The notes: generated by a model from the letters alone, not told the origin. Positions 25,585-35,587 are shown, counted from the first letter of the stretch. The stretch: 64,000 nt of DNA from Fibrobacterales bacterium (GCA_051532055.1 JAOPTX010000003.1:89064-153063), one strand, 5' to 3'. A program made the numbers and translations.

Positions 25585-26678
25585 TGCATTACTGCAAGTA
25601 AGGGGGTAGACTTGTAGGCAATTGAGGTGTAGCTATCGGCTTCATGTGTAACACAGTTACATTCAAGTGCATCTGTTTCGGATTGTACCTGATTTACTGA
25701 ACACTCTTGTATAGTAAATCCACTCTCTATTAAGCGGTCGAGCCATTGTTGGGCAGTGTTGTGCCCTTCGCGGATATACTCAGTTTTATTTCCAATAATG
25801 TCGATGATTTCAAAAACAAAGATTTCCTTAATTGACAAGCGTACGGACTCAGTAAGATGTTTGAGGGTGTCGATATAGTCAAAAATTCCTTTGAAATGGG
25901 TGTAACAGTTCTTTATACGTTCAGGGTAAGGTATGGTGATATGATCGACATCGGGTTCGGCAATATAGAGCGATGCAGGGTTTAGAACGTTCATGTGGGT
26001 AGTCATTTGCTCACGAATAATGGTGTCATTACTACAGTGATGGAGTGAGAGGAGCGCAGTGATAATAAGCGGTCCCGTAATACTTTCTTGAATTTCATCC
26101 CACTCTTTGGCGTTAAGTTTATCAATTGAACTATTAAAGCTGAGGAGTGAAAGAGTGATGGTACACTGAGTGCAGAGATCTTGTAGAGATCGCTGCCCGA
26201 GACCCAAAAGCTGTTTCGATGGTTCACAAGCAATTATGGTGACTGAATGAAGCTTAGGATTATGAATATACAGTGCTGATATGATTTCTCGGAGCAATCC
26301 TCCAGTCTTAAAGCCTGTATCAAAAAGGGTTATTTCTTCTTCTTCACCATAGAGTGTGAGTATCGAATCTATGAGAGATTGTTTTACGAGTGAGAGGATA
26401 GGGAAGTGTTCTAGGAAGAGTGCAACGCACTGTGCTGTTGAGTAGGGGGATAAGTGAAGGTTTTGTTGGTCTTCTTTAGTAATTGGTTTGTTATAGTGTA
26501 GTTTAATTGCGTAAGAAAAACATCGAGCGAGAATAGCATCATTAGAATTGTAGGATTGGAGGTCCTCACTTTGTAGAGAGAGGCTCAATGCATCAGTATC
26601 GATAGGGGGCTCTGTCAACGTAAGGGTTTCTATGAGTTGCTTTATTGGGCTCATGGGGTGACTACCCCTGCAGTACAT
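25557..26678 (-). CDS. Bacterial GRAS-like Rossmann-fold (methyltransferase-like) protein
   Basis: 373 aa. The order of blocks mirrors GRAS domains: LFDTGFKTGG (glycine-rich loop), SLHHC (LHxL-like), AEPDVDHITIPYPERIKNCYTHFKGIFDYID (EQEA.HN...F..RF.EAL.YYSA.FDSL-like), and EYIREGHNTAQQWLDRLIESGF (ER.ERHE....W..R...AGF-like). Confidence 0.5.
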   Translation of the reverse strand: MYCRGSHPMSPIKQLIETLTLTEPPIDTDALSLSLQSEDLQSYNSNDAILARCFSYAIKLHYNKPITKEDQQNLHLSPYSTAQCVALFLEHFPILSLVKQSLIDSILTLYGEEEEITLFDTGFKTGGLLREIISALYIHNPKLHSVTIIACEPSKQLLGLGQRSLQDLCTQCTITLSLLSFNSSIDKLNAKEWDEIQESITGPLIITALLSLHHCSNDTIIREQMTTHMNVLNPASLYIAEPDVDHITIPYPERIKNCYTHFKGIFDYIDTLKHLTESVRLSIKEIFVFEIIDIIGNKTEYIREGHNTAQQWLDRLIESGFTIQECSVNQVQSETDALECNCVTHEADSYTSIAYKSTPLLAVMHCTIPQRRR

Positions 26679-27892
26679 CGCTCTACGATCATGGGCAGTT
26701 GTGTTAAAGCGTTTGAAACTGTCTCATCAGAGACACAGGTCGAGAGACGAATATATCGTTCAAATCGACTTCCGCCAAATACTGAACCCGGCATATACAC
26801 AAGTGCTGGGTTGCTACTAAAGGCGGCCTCTCGAAAGAGTGCCTCACTCTCAATAGCTTCAGGAAGCTTTGCCCATATATAGAAGGTCCCTTTGGGTGGA
26901 ACTACGGTGAAACCGAGCTCTTGCAAGGTTACCGTAAGGGCATCAGTGTATTCGTTATAAAAATAGCAGCTGGTGTCATCCAGTAACCCGATTTGAGAGA
27001 TTACCTTTTGTTGTATTACCGAGGGGTGTACAACTCTACTTCTTATTCTGAGCCGTAGGGCTTCAAGGAGGGTAGAGCACTCAAGGTCACCTTCATAATG
27101 AGGGTTAACGGCAATATATCCAATCCGTTCTCCCGGGATTCTGAGTGATTTTGAGAATGAATCGACTCGTATTGTTTCACTCCAGAGGAGCATCATTGAA
27201 GGAACCGTTACCGCTGATGGGATAACTCTATCATAGACAGCATCCTCAATGATACTTATTGAGGTACCAGTAGTGAGCTCCATCTCTTTAAGGAGTTGTG
27301 CTAAGTTTTCTAATGAGCTCTCGGAATAAATTGCACCTGTAGGATTGTTGGGAGAATTCAAGAGAATCGCTACACAATCTGCGGTCAATGCATTTCGAAT
27401 GCTGGTACTATTTAAGGAACAGTCATCATTAGTGCTGACTCGTATGACCGTTGCCCCTGCTTGTTCGATGATAGTATCATATTCGACAAAGTGAGGGGTC
27501 AGTACAATCACTTCTGGGGTCGTTTCTCTTTTGGTAGCTCGTTTATTGTCTACAATGGTACTGATGACTGCATCCAATGCGCCTGTAGCGCCGACAGTCA
27601 TGATTACTTGTTCTTGAGTAAAGGGTATGGAAAACCGTTTTTGTAAATCCAGAGAGATTCTATCGCTCGCATCACCACTTCCAAAACCTGTTTGATACAG
27701 AAAGCTATTGTGATCAGTCTCGATCATTTGCTTTGTTGTCGCAAGCAATACCTCTCGATAGTATTGTGGTGGTTTTTCTGCGGGGTTTCCGAGAGATAGG
27801 TCAATTACCTTTCCTGGTGCGTTTTTCACCTGAGAAAAAAGGTCGTAAATTGTCTGGTTATTTTTAACCTGATCAAGTGCGCTTTTTATCAT
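26651..27892 (-). CDS. Class I/II PLP-dependent aminotransferase
   Basis: NSPNNPTG and the PLP-lysine motif SFSKSLRIPGERIGY. I prefer ATG 27892 (AAGGA 8 nt upstream). The track gives a TTG start at 27916. Confidence 0.85.
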   Translation of the reverse strand: MIKSALDQVKNNQTIYDLFSQVKNAPGKVIDLSLGNPAEKPPQYYREVLLATTKQMIETDHNSFLYQTGFGSGDASDRISLDLQKRFSIPFTQEQVIMTVGATGALDAVISTIVDNKRATKRETTPEVIVLTPHFVEYDTIIEQAGATVIRVSTNDDCSLNSTSIRNALTADCVAILLNSPNNPTGAIYSESSLENLAQLLKEMELTTGTSISIIEDAVYDRVIPSAVTVPSMMLLWSETIRVDSFSKSLRIPGERIGYIAVNPHYEGDLECSTLLEALRLRIRSRVVHPSVIQQKVISQIGLLDDTSCYFYNEYTDALTVTLQELGFTVVPPKGTFYIWAKLPEAIESEALFREAAFSSNPALVYMPGSVFGGSRFERYIRLSTCVSDETVSNALTQLPMIVERCTAGVVTP

Positions 27893-28154
27893 GTCCCAAT
27901 TCCTTAAAGCTAACAAAAAGATAGTACAGGTTTGTAATTTGGGACTTATTTGTCATGATATTGGTGTAATGTATGTGTCTTATTTACAGTGCTACCTCAA
28001 ATATTTCTTTTGATTAGTGATAACTATTTTGTGCTGATTAGTAAATGCAAGGGTTTCATAAGTTGACATGGCTTCATTTGTGATTTCAGTTCGTGCTGCA
28101 CTGCGATTCGAGGGTTGATAAATTAATTGAAATGCGCTTGATATCCTTAATTAT

Positions 28155-31100
28155 TTGGGCATTATGTGCAATGTATCTGTTATAATTATGTCTAGGCCTT
28201 TTAAAATATTTGACTACCATTCTATGTTGCAAACCACTCTATCTTCAGGACTTATAAAAATGATTGCACTGCTGCTATTAATTGCTGGTGTATCAGTGAG
28301 TAATGCCAATTTCCGTGTGTTATATGTCAGTGCCTATCATCCTGGTTTTTCAACCTTTGATGATCAGGTCCAAGGTATTAAGGAGGGTTTAGGCGACCTG
28401 AACGTTTCCCTTGATGTTGAATTTATGGATACTAAACGATTACCGTATACTGCAAATACGGACCTTTTTAGAGAGTATTTAGGGTACAAGCTTTCGGTTG
28501 TATCTCCATATGATCTTATTATAGTGGGTGATGATAATGCTCTCACTTTTGCACTTACAGAAATCGACGGATTATTTGCATATAAACCGATTGTATTTCT
28601 TGGCGTTAATAATGTAACTCAAGCAAGAAAAATGGATGGTCAGCCAAGGATTACTGGAGTAATTGAAGCGGTATCTATACAGGGAACTATAGAAGTAATG
28701 CAAAGGATGATTCCAGAGGCTGATACTATTGTTGCCCTCGTTGATAACATGCCCAGTGGTCAGGGAGATCTTGTAACGTATTATAATCAGGCAGCTGCAT
28801 TTAAAGATGTAACCTTTACTGATATTAACCTTTCGGATTATACCTGGTCGGATTATCAAGAAATTTTAAAGAATGATACTCAGGGTAAAATGTATTTATT
28901 ACTCTCAGCATATAAAGACAGCACTGGGATGAGCGTACAGTTTGATGAGGGTGTTAAACGTATTACCCAATCATTGAATGCCCCACTCTTTCATTTATGG
29001 AAGCATGGCATAGGCTCTGGTTTGATTGGAGGAAAAGTAGTTGATCATTATTATCAAGGAAAATCTGCTGGGAGCATCGCTGCATCTATTCTTGAAGGAA
29101 AGGATGTAAATACTATTCCAGTGAGTGTAGAAAGTCCCAATGCTTATTGGTTTGATTATACAATACTCTCCAAATATTCTATTGCTATCAATAGCGTGCC
29201 GAGTGGCGCTATAATTATAAATAAACCGAGTACTTTTTATACTCAAAATAAGGGATTAATTAAAACCGTTATTGGAGTAATAGGGTTTCTGTTTCTTTCT
29301 CTCATTATTGCATTAGTAAATATAAAGAAGCGGAAATCAGTAGAGGAAAAACTTCGAGAAAGTGATCAAAAGCACCAATCACTGATTGCCGGTATTGCAG
29401 ATGTTATTGTTGTTATTAATACCGATAATATAATTATTTATCAGAGCCCCAATGTTGAGCGCTTGTTAGGGTGGACTTCTGAAGATGTTTCTGGTACTGA
29501 TGCCAATATCTATATCCATAAAGATGATGCTGAACGCCTCGCTCCTTATTTTGAAAAGATTATACATAATCCCAACAAAATATTTCAGGCTGAGTTTCGG
29601 CTCATTTGTAAAGATGGGAGTGAAAAATATGTGGCATCGAATGCAATAAATATGTTAGCAGATCCGCTCATAGGGGGGATTTTATTTAGTTATCATGACA
29701 TTACTGATAAAAGACAAGCTGATGAAGAACGACTAGCGTTACAACACTATTTCAGTAGTGTTATTAATGTTATGCCTTCATGGATAATTGGGTTAACAGC
29801 AGAAGGAATTATAACTCATTGGAATGCTATAGTGGCCGATGCATCAGGATTATCATCAGAGGCGGCAGTGGGGAATAACCTTTTTGAACTTATTCCTGAG
29901 TTTAATATAATATATAAAAATGTAACCACCAGCCTTGCGATTGATGAAAGCCAAACGATGTATAATATTGATTTGGGATATAGCGCGGCCCCTGTACATT
30001 GCGACCTTACAATTTATCCTGTCACAATAAGGGAGGGCAATGAAGTAGTACTTCGGATTGATGATGTTTCAGAAAAACATCACCTCGAAGATCAGTTGAG
30101 GCATACGGTTAAAATGGATGCCATAGGCCAATTATCTGGAGGCGTAGCCCATGATTTTAATAATATGCTTGGGGGAATTATTGGCGCGGCTCAGTTACTG
30201 AAGAAACCAAAATTTAATTTAACTACCGATGCTATGAAATATGTGGATCTTCTCCTCTCTGCTGCGAATCGAGCAGCCGATCTTACAGCAAAGCTTCTCG
30301 CCTTTGGAAGAACAGGGCCACTTGTTAAAGAATCGATATCTGTAGATGCATTGATTGAAGATACGCTCGTAATGATCAATGCATCGTTATTAGATAAGAA
30401 TATTAACGTTCAATATAAGAGAATCTTTAAATACTGTACTATAACAGGCGAAGATTCAGCGTTACAGAATGCACTACTCAATCTTTCATTGAATGGAATA
30501 CAAGCAATGAAAGATGGCGGTGCTCTTACGATTACCCTATCAAATATCCTACTGAATAGCTCTAACAATAAGGTTAACGGAATTGCATTAGTACCCGGTG
30601 ATTATGTTTGTATTTCGGTTAGTGATACTGGAATGGGTATAGACACAAAAGATTTTACCCGCATCTTTGAACCTTTTTTCACTACGAAAGGCAAAGGAGA
30701 GGGGACAGGTTTGGGGCTTGCAGCAGTATATGGGACCGTCCTCGATCATGGTGGTGCGATTGATGTTCAGAGCAGTATTGGAGTAGGCACTACCTTTAGT
30801 ATCTATATACCCCTTATGAAAGATGCAGTACAGGAATCTCATGCTATTGAAAACGTTGCAGCGGGGAGTGGTTTGATACTCGTAGCTGATGATGAGGAAG
30901 TGCTACGGGTAACGATAACCGACATGCTGGAAGATCTGGAGTATTCTGTTATTACGGCTACGAATGGACAGGAAGCAGTTGAGTTGTTTGAAAAACATCA
31001 AAATGATATATCAGTAGTATTACTTGATATGATTATGCCAATAATGAAGGGTAGTGAAGCCTTTTATGCTATTAAAAATATCAAAAGTTCTGCCAAAATT

Positions 31101-31229
31101 ATTATTGCATCGGGTTATACTGACAGTGAAATAATGGAAGACCTGCTGGATGCAGGTTTATATGCATTTATATCCAAACCATTTAAGCGCAATGAATTGG
31201 TTGAGTTGTTACAAAATGCCCATAAGTAG
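28155..31229 (+). CDS. Hybrid sensor histidine kinase: periplasmic ABC-substrate-binding-like domain, TM, 2x PAS, HisKA, HATPase and a C-terminal receiver
   Basis: H-box GGVAHDFNNMLGG. ATPase motifs DTGMGI...FEPFFTTKGKGEGTGLGL. Receiver ILVADDEE...LLDMIMPIMKG. The probable true start is ATG 28260 (MIALLLLIAGVSVSNA), and the track start is TTG 28155. Confidence 0.85.
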   Translation: MGIMCNVSVIIMSRPFKIFDYHSMLQTTLSSGLIKMIALLLLIAGVSVSNANFRVLYVSAYHPGFSTFDDQVQGIKEGLGDLNVSLDVEFMDTKRLPYTANTDLFREYLGYKLSVVSPYDLIIVGDDNALTFALTEIDGLFAYKPIVFLGVNNVTQARKMDGQPRITGVIEAVSIQGTIEVMQRMIPEADTIVALVDNMPSGQGDLVTYYNQAAAFKDVTFTDINLSDYTWSDYQEILKNDTQGKMYLLLSAYKDSTGMSVQFDEGVKRITQSLNAPLFHLWKHGIGSGLIGGKVVDHYYQGKSAGSIAASILEGKDVNTIPVSVESPNAYWFDYTILSKYSIAINSVPSGAIIINKPSTFYTQNKGLIKTVIGVIGFLFLSLIIALVNIKKRKSVEEKLRESDQKHQSLIAGIADVIVVINTDNIIIYQSPNVERLLGWTSEDVSGTDANIYIHKDDAERLAPYFEKIIHNPNKIFQAEFRLICKDGSEKYVASNAINMLADPLIGGILFSYHDITDKRQADEERLALQHYFSSVINVMPSWIIGLTAEGIITHWNAIVADASGLSSEAAVGNNLFELIPEFNIIYKNVTTSLAIDESQTMYNIDLGYSAAPVHCDLTIYPVTIREGNEVVLRIDDVSEKHHLEDQLRHTVKMDAIGQLSGGVAHDFNNMLGGIIGAAQLLKKPKFNLTTDAMKYVDLLLSAANRAADLTAKLLAFGRTGPLVKESISVDALIEDTLVMINASLLDKNINVQYKRIFKYCTITGEDSALQNALLNLSLNGIQAMKDGGALTITLSNILLNSSNNKVNGIALVPGDYVCISVSDTGMGIDTKDFTRIFEPFFTTKGKGEGTGLGLAAVYGTVLDHGGAIDVQSSIGVGTTFSIYIPLMKDAVQESHAIENVAAGSGLILVADDEEVLRVTITDMLEDLEYSVITATNGQEAVELFEKHQNDISVVLLDMIMPIMKGSEAFYAIKNIKSSAKIIIASGYTDSEIMEDLLDAGLYAFISKPFKRNELVELLQNAHK

Positions 31230-31238
31230 AATAGGACT

Positions 31239-34200
31239 TTAATCCTCCCCGCGCAACAACGCCATAAGCTCACTCGCATTGAGCTTGCCGGCCTTTGAGG
31301 TTCCCTCCAATAAACTATCTGCAAGATCCTTTTTTTCTTTATGGAGTTCAAGGATTTTCTCTTCAATGGTCCCTTTTGCAACCATGCGATAGATGGTAAC
31401 CGGGCGTTTTTGACCAATACGATGGGCACGATCTGAGGCTTGATCTTCGACGGCTGGGTTCCACCAAGGGTCCATGTGAATCACATAGTCCGCTGCAGTG
31501 AGATTGAGTCCTGAGCCACCGGCCTTGAGACTAATAAGGAAGAGATCGCCTTCGCCCCGTTGAAAGGCTTCTACGGCTTTTTTACGCTTCGCCTGAGGGA
31601 CAGAGCCATCGAGGTATTGATAAGTAATCTTTTGACGGTCGAGGTACTCTCTAATAAGCGCAAGGTGCGAAGTGAATTGAGAGAAAACCAATGTTTTATG
31701 ATTATTCTCTATTAACTCAGTCACGATGTCACCAAAAAGATTGAGTTTGGAACTGGAGATGGTGCTACTTGAATCAATAAGTCGTGGATGACAACATGCT
31801 TGACGAAGTCGCATGATCTCTTTTAAGATCTCAAGGTGTTTTTGCCCTTTGGCTTTAGAGGGCTCAGCTGCGATATTGTCGGTAAGGGCTTCTGCTTTTT
31901 GTCTTACGGCTTCATAGAGGGCTCGTTCATCTGGATTCATCTCGACACTGAGAGTGATCTCTGTTTTTTCGGGGAGCTCGGTCAGTACCGCACTTTTGAG
32001 GCGACGGAGTATAAAGGGCGATACGATTCTTTTGAGAGAGACCCGTTTCTTATGACTCTGTTCAATAGCTATGGGTACACCAAATCGATTGCTAAATTGT
32101 TCTTGACTCCCCAACAGGCCTGGATTAATAAGGTCAAAAAGATTCCAGAGTTCACCAATATGGTTCTCAATAGGGGTACCAGTCGTTATAACTTTGTGGG
32201 CTGCAGGGATAGACTTCGCTGCTTTTGAGCGTTTGGTGTTACTGTTTTTAAGTGCTTGCGCTTCATCATAAATAACGGTATTCCAGCTCACTTCTTTGAG
32301 GCGTTTGATTTCATAATTGAGAAGACCATAGGTACAAATAATAAGGTCGTAGGGTTTGGCCTCTGAAATTATTGTTGCACGATGGCCTTCACTGAGAATG
32401 ACTGGATTGAGAGTAGGGGCGAAGCGTCGGCACTCTTGTTCCCAGTTAAAACAGACTGATACTGGCGCGAGAATAAGTGATGGGCCTTTTTCGGCCACGG
32501 ATACTAGAAGTGCAAGGGATTGGATTGTTTTACCGAGACCCATGTCGTCGGCAAGGCATGCGCCAACACCCCATTCGTAAAGGGTAGAGAGCCAGTCAAA
32601 ACCTTCACGTTGGTAGTCACGGAGTTCAGCCTGAAAGGTTGAGGGGAGCACAGGGACAAATTCGTTGAGGGCATCCATCTTTTCAATCTGTTTTTTCCAA
32701 CCGGCATTGCGCGTTGCATTGCCCGATTCTTCGAGGAGCTCTTCCACTTGAGGGAGGAGCAGGCTATTTACCTGAAGGAGGTCATCTTTTACGGTGCCCA
32801 GGTCATTGAGTGCTTGTAGGTGGTTGTGGAGTTCATCGGTTATGGCGAGGTATTTATCGCCGTCGAGTTGGATAAACCCTTTCGTGGGGCTTCTATCGAG
32901 TCGTTCAAGGAGCTCACTCATGGCAAAGACTGTATCTGAATCAATTTTTAGTTTACCCTCAAGAGTAAACCAATCTTTTTCCTTTTTTGCCTTCATCTTC
33001 ATAGAAGAGTAGTCGACAACCGAGGAGATCGTGACCGCTTTTTTGTCGGGCCACTCAACAGTTATGCTGTCTTGGAGAGGGAAGAGTTCCCGGAGTACGG
33101 TTAGGCACTCTTCAAGGTCGGGAATAGTGCCCCCTTGTTGGAGCACTGCATGATTAAAGGTAGGTGCACTGTTGAGTATATGATTGAATTCAGTAGTTTC
33201 GGTGCTCAGGGAACGTGTAGTAACATGAGGCTTTTTATCAATGGTTGCAAAGACGGTTTGAGCACCTTCACCTGGAGGGTAGGAGGTACCTTGATCACCA
33301 AAGGGTCGAACGAGTATTTCTATTGACCACCCTTCTTCTTGTTCAGTAAAGCGACAGATGAGTCCACTCTGTGGGTCGATGGGGGTTGCTTCAATCTGTT
33401 GTCCACCAATGCTACTCCCACTTTCAGAATGAATTGTTATGGTATTGGCGACGCCATTAAGTACTTCGTAGAGTTGTTTTTCGGCAGCGAGTGGAATTTC
33501 TGTATTGCTATTTTTAAAGGCTGCAGCGATAGTTTGCAGTTTGTTTGATATCTCTATGACCCCAAATCTATTTTTACCGGTCTCAATCAGTTGGGTAGTT
33601 GCATGGCCCATTGGAATATTAAAAGAGAGGCCGTATCCTGTGTCTGATTTTCTTAAGGTGAGCTCTGGCTCTGCCTTGTGGAGGTCAATAAAAATGTCAC
33701 GATCTACATGGTAAATGTAAGGGTGCCCCATAAGGGCAATAAGTGCTTTTGATGTATTGAGTTCATAATCCTTACCTGAACCCCAGTAACCACGGTGTGA
33801 GCTCTCAGTAATACAGCGTCCTGCATCTTTATCCTGCTGAAGCATATTGGGGACTTTATGCTCTTTCAATTTCTTCAGTGCAATAGCGCGCCCTTTTGTC
33901 CAGCCTCCTGATTTTGTTCTTTTCTGTTCGGTAGGGACAAGATCTATTTCTTCATAATTGTAGATCGTAGATGGGGGGAGGAGCTTCCATATAATTCTAC
34001 TTTCAGGTTCATCATCTTCGAGTTCTTCTGGTCTATCTGTTGGCGCTAAGAGTGATAATGTCGAGAGTACCTTCTCCCAGTCTTGCTGTACTACATAGAG
34101 ACCTTTGAGTGAGCGTATATCAGGAAATAATTTTTTTAGATGTTCTATTTCTTTCGCATCATAGTGTTCGGGGTAGAGATCAGAAAGGTGTAAACCCAAA

Positions 34201-35414
34201 AGAGGAGCACCATGATTAAAATAGTCTTGCGCTAAGTGACGGGTAAAATTGGGTAGGATCGATTGCTTATCTGAGCCTTTATAAAACCAATACCAGGCGA
34301 GGCTATTAAAGAGGCCTGACCACATACAGGTATTGTCCACACGGGCGATAAAATGTTTCGGAAACGTGTCTTTGAGTCCTCTCACTAAATGGGCAAACCA
34401 CAAACGATGCTCAAAAAAGTCATCAATAGTATCACTTTGCTTGTGATACACTTCACTATTGAGAGGATCAGAGATTGCTTTGAGAAATAAGTAGATAATG
34501 GTAAAGGGGGTATTGGGAATTTTGCTGCGTTTTTTTGTTTTCTTTCGCCATGCGGTGATCGTTTCGTCATAGAGAGACAGAGCCTTTGAAGAATCAGCAT
34601 GAATGAATGCTTGCATGGTAAAGGGATAGAGGGTCGATCCTGTTTGGGTATCGTACACGCGTAACAAACGCTCAGAGTGTGAGAGATTGCCATTAAGTAA
34701 GAGTGCAAGTCCGAGGCCCGGAAGCAGTTCTTGGTCTTCTTCTATTAAGTTGAGGACAGGAGTGAGCACGTCGGTATGTAGGAGCTTCGGAGAAAAATCA
34801 TGAAAAAGAAAGGTATTGTTCGTGTATCTCAGTTGAAAGAGGCTTAACAGAAGTCGATTATTGCGTGATTTGAGGAATGCTTCACTCAAGTGCTCGATGA
34901 TAGTGTTCATCATGGTTGAATACTGAATATAGAGTGGAGGTGTCCCAAACTTTAGGGAGCTTATGTAGTCATCAGCATGATTAACGTAAAAGAGTATTCT
35001 TAAAAAGTAGTTGTTAAAAATGCCATTTGATATCCCGGCAGAGTAGAGATAGTCGATACACCACGCATTTTGGTGACTGAGGCAGCACTCAATCAGAGCT
35101 TTGTGGTACGAGTGCAGAGTGATCTCTTCCATCAACGCATTTTTAGCACCATCGGTCAGTGTTAATTGTGTGCTCGAAACAACATCGATGAGTTCAGGAA
35201 AGTCCGAGAGGCGTATGACGCATTCTTTAATCGTTTTGAGAGTGATTTCTTCCCAAACATCCATATAGATTAAACGAATATTCGCTATTTTCATAGATGG
35301 CACGCCACAGATTGCCGCAATTTGAATGATTCTTAGATCATCCTCATTCATCTCGTATGAGGTGAGGGTAATTGATGGGTATTTTTCGTGTATATTGAGA
35401 GGGTTTTCTGACAC
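31239..35414 (-). CDS. SNF2/RapA-type ATPase with an uncharacterised N-terminal region of about 850 aa
   Basis: 1391 aa with a GTG start. Helicase motifs ADDMGLGKTIQ, DEAQALKN and GGSGLNLTAADYVIHMDPWWNPAVEDQASDRAHRIGQKRPV. Confidence 0.9.
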   Translation of the reverse strand: MSENPLNIHEKYPSITLTSYEMNEDDLRIIQIAAICGVPSMKIANIRLIYMDVWEEITLKTIKECVIRLSDFPELIDVVSSTQLTLTDGAKNALMEEITLHSYHKALIECCLSHQNAWCIDYLYSAGISNGIFNNYFLRILFYVNHADDYISSLKFGTPPLYIQYSTMMNTIIEHLSEAFLKSRNNRLLLSLFQLRYTNNTFLFHDFSPKLLHTDVLTPVLNLIEEDQELLPGLGLALLLNGNLSHSERLLRVYDTQTGSTLYPFTMQAFIHADSSKALSLYDETITAWRKKTKKRSKIPNTPFTIIYLFLKAISDPLNSEVYHKQSDTIDDFFEHRLWFAHLVRGLKDTFPKHFIARVDNTCMWSGLFNSLAWYWFYKGSDKQSILPNFTRHLAQDYFNHGAPLLGLHLSDLYPEHYDAKEIEHLKKLFPDIRSLKGLYVVQQDWEKVLSTLSLLAPTDRPEELEDDEPESRIIWKLLPPSTIYNYEEIDLVPTEQKRTKSGGWTKGRAIALKKLKEHKVPNMLQQDKDAGRCITESSHRGYWGSGKDYELNTSKALIALMGHPYIYHVDRDIFIDLHKAEPELTLRKSDTGYGLSFNIPMGHATTQLIETGKNRFGVIEISNKLQTIAAAFKNSNTEIPLAAEKQLYEVLNGVANTITIHSESGSSIGGQQIEATPIDPQSGLICRFTEQEEGWSIEILVRPFGDQGTSYPPGEGAQTVFATIDKKPHVTTRSLSTETTEFNHILNSAPTFNHAVLQQGGTIPDLEECLTVLRELFPLQDSITVEWPDKKAVTISSVVDYSSMKMKAKKEKDWFTLEGKLKIDSDTVFAMSELLERLDRSPTKGFIQLDGDKYLAITDELHNHLQALNDLGTVKDDLLQVNSLLLPQVEELLEESGNATRNAGWKKQIEKMDALNEFVPVLPSTFQAELRDYQREGFDWLSTLYEWGVGACLADDMGLGKTIQSLALLVSVAEKGPSLILAPVSVCFNWEQECRRFAPTLNPVILSEGHRATIISEAKPYDLIICTYGLLNYEIKRLKEVSWNTVIYDEAQALKNSNTKRSKAAKSIPAAHKVITTGTPIENHIGELWNLFDLINPGLLGSQEQFSNRFGVPIAIEQSHKKRVSLKRIVSPFILRRLKSAVLTELPEKTEITLSVEMNPDERALYEAVRQKAEALTDNIAAEPSKAKGQKHLEILKEIMRLRQACCHPRLIDSSSTISSSKLNLFGDIVTELIENNHKTLVFSQFTSHLALIREYLDRQKITYQYLDGSVPQAKRKKAVEAFQRGEGDLFLISLKAGGSGLNLTAADYVIHMDPWWNPAVEDQASDRAHRIGQKRPVTIYRMVAKGTIEEKILELHKEKKDLADSLLEGTSKAGKLNASELMALLRGED

Positions 35415-35587
35415 GTGTTACCTGATTTCATGGGAGAGAGCGTTGCGCAAAAGATAGTTATTATTTGTGGGTATTCTAGAGAACAATTTGCCTTGAATAG
35501 GGGCGTAATTGGGGCTTAAGGCGTTAAAAAATGAAAATTTGTCTAGATTTAAATAATTATTACCATTTTCTCTTTAGGGCCCTGTCT

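Noticed and set aside
14491-27916. Reading the cluster as a hopanoid side-chain locus (HpnG-like phosphorylase, HpnJ-like B12 radical SAM, HpnO-like aminotransferase).
   Set aside because: There is no squalene-hopene cyclase or HpnH-type adenosyl-transfer radical SAM gene in the window. The aminotransferase looks class I rather than class III. The analogy is kept only as mechanistic inspiration in the main finding.
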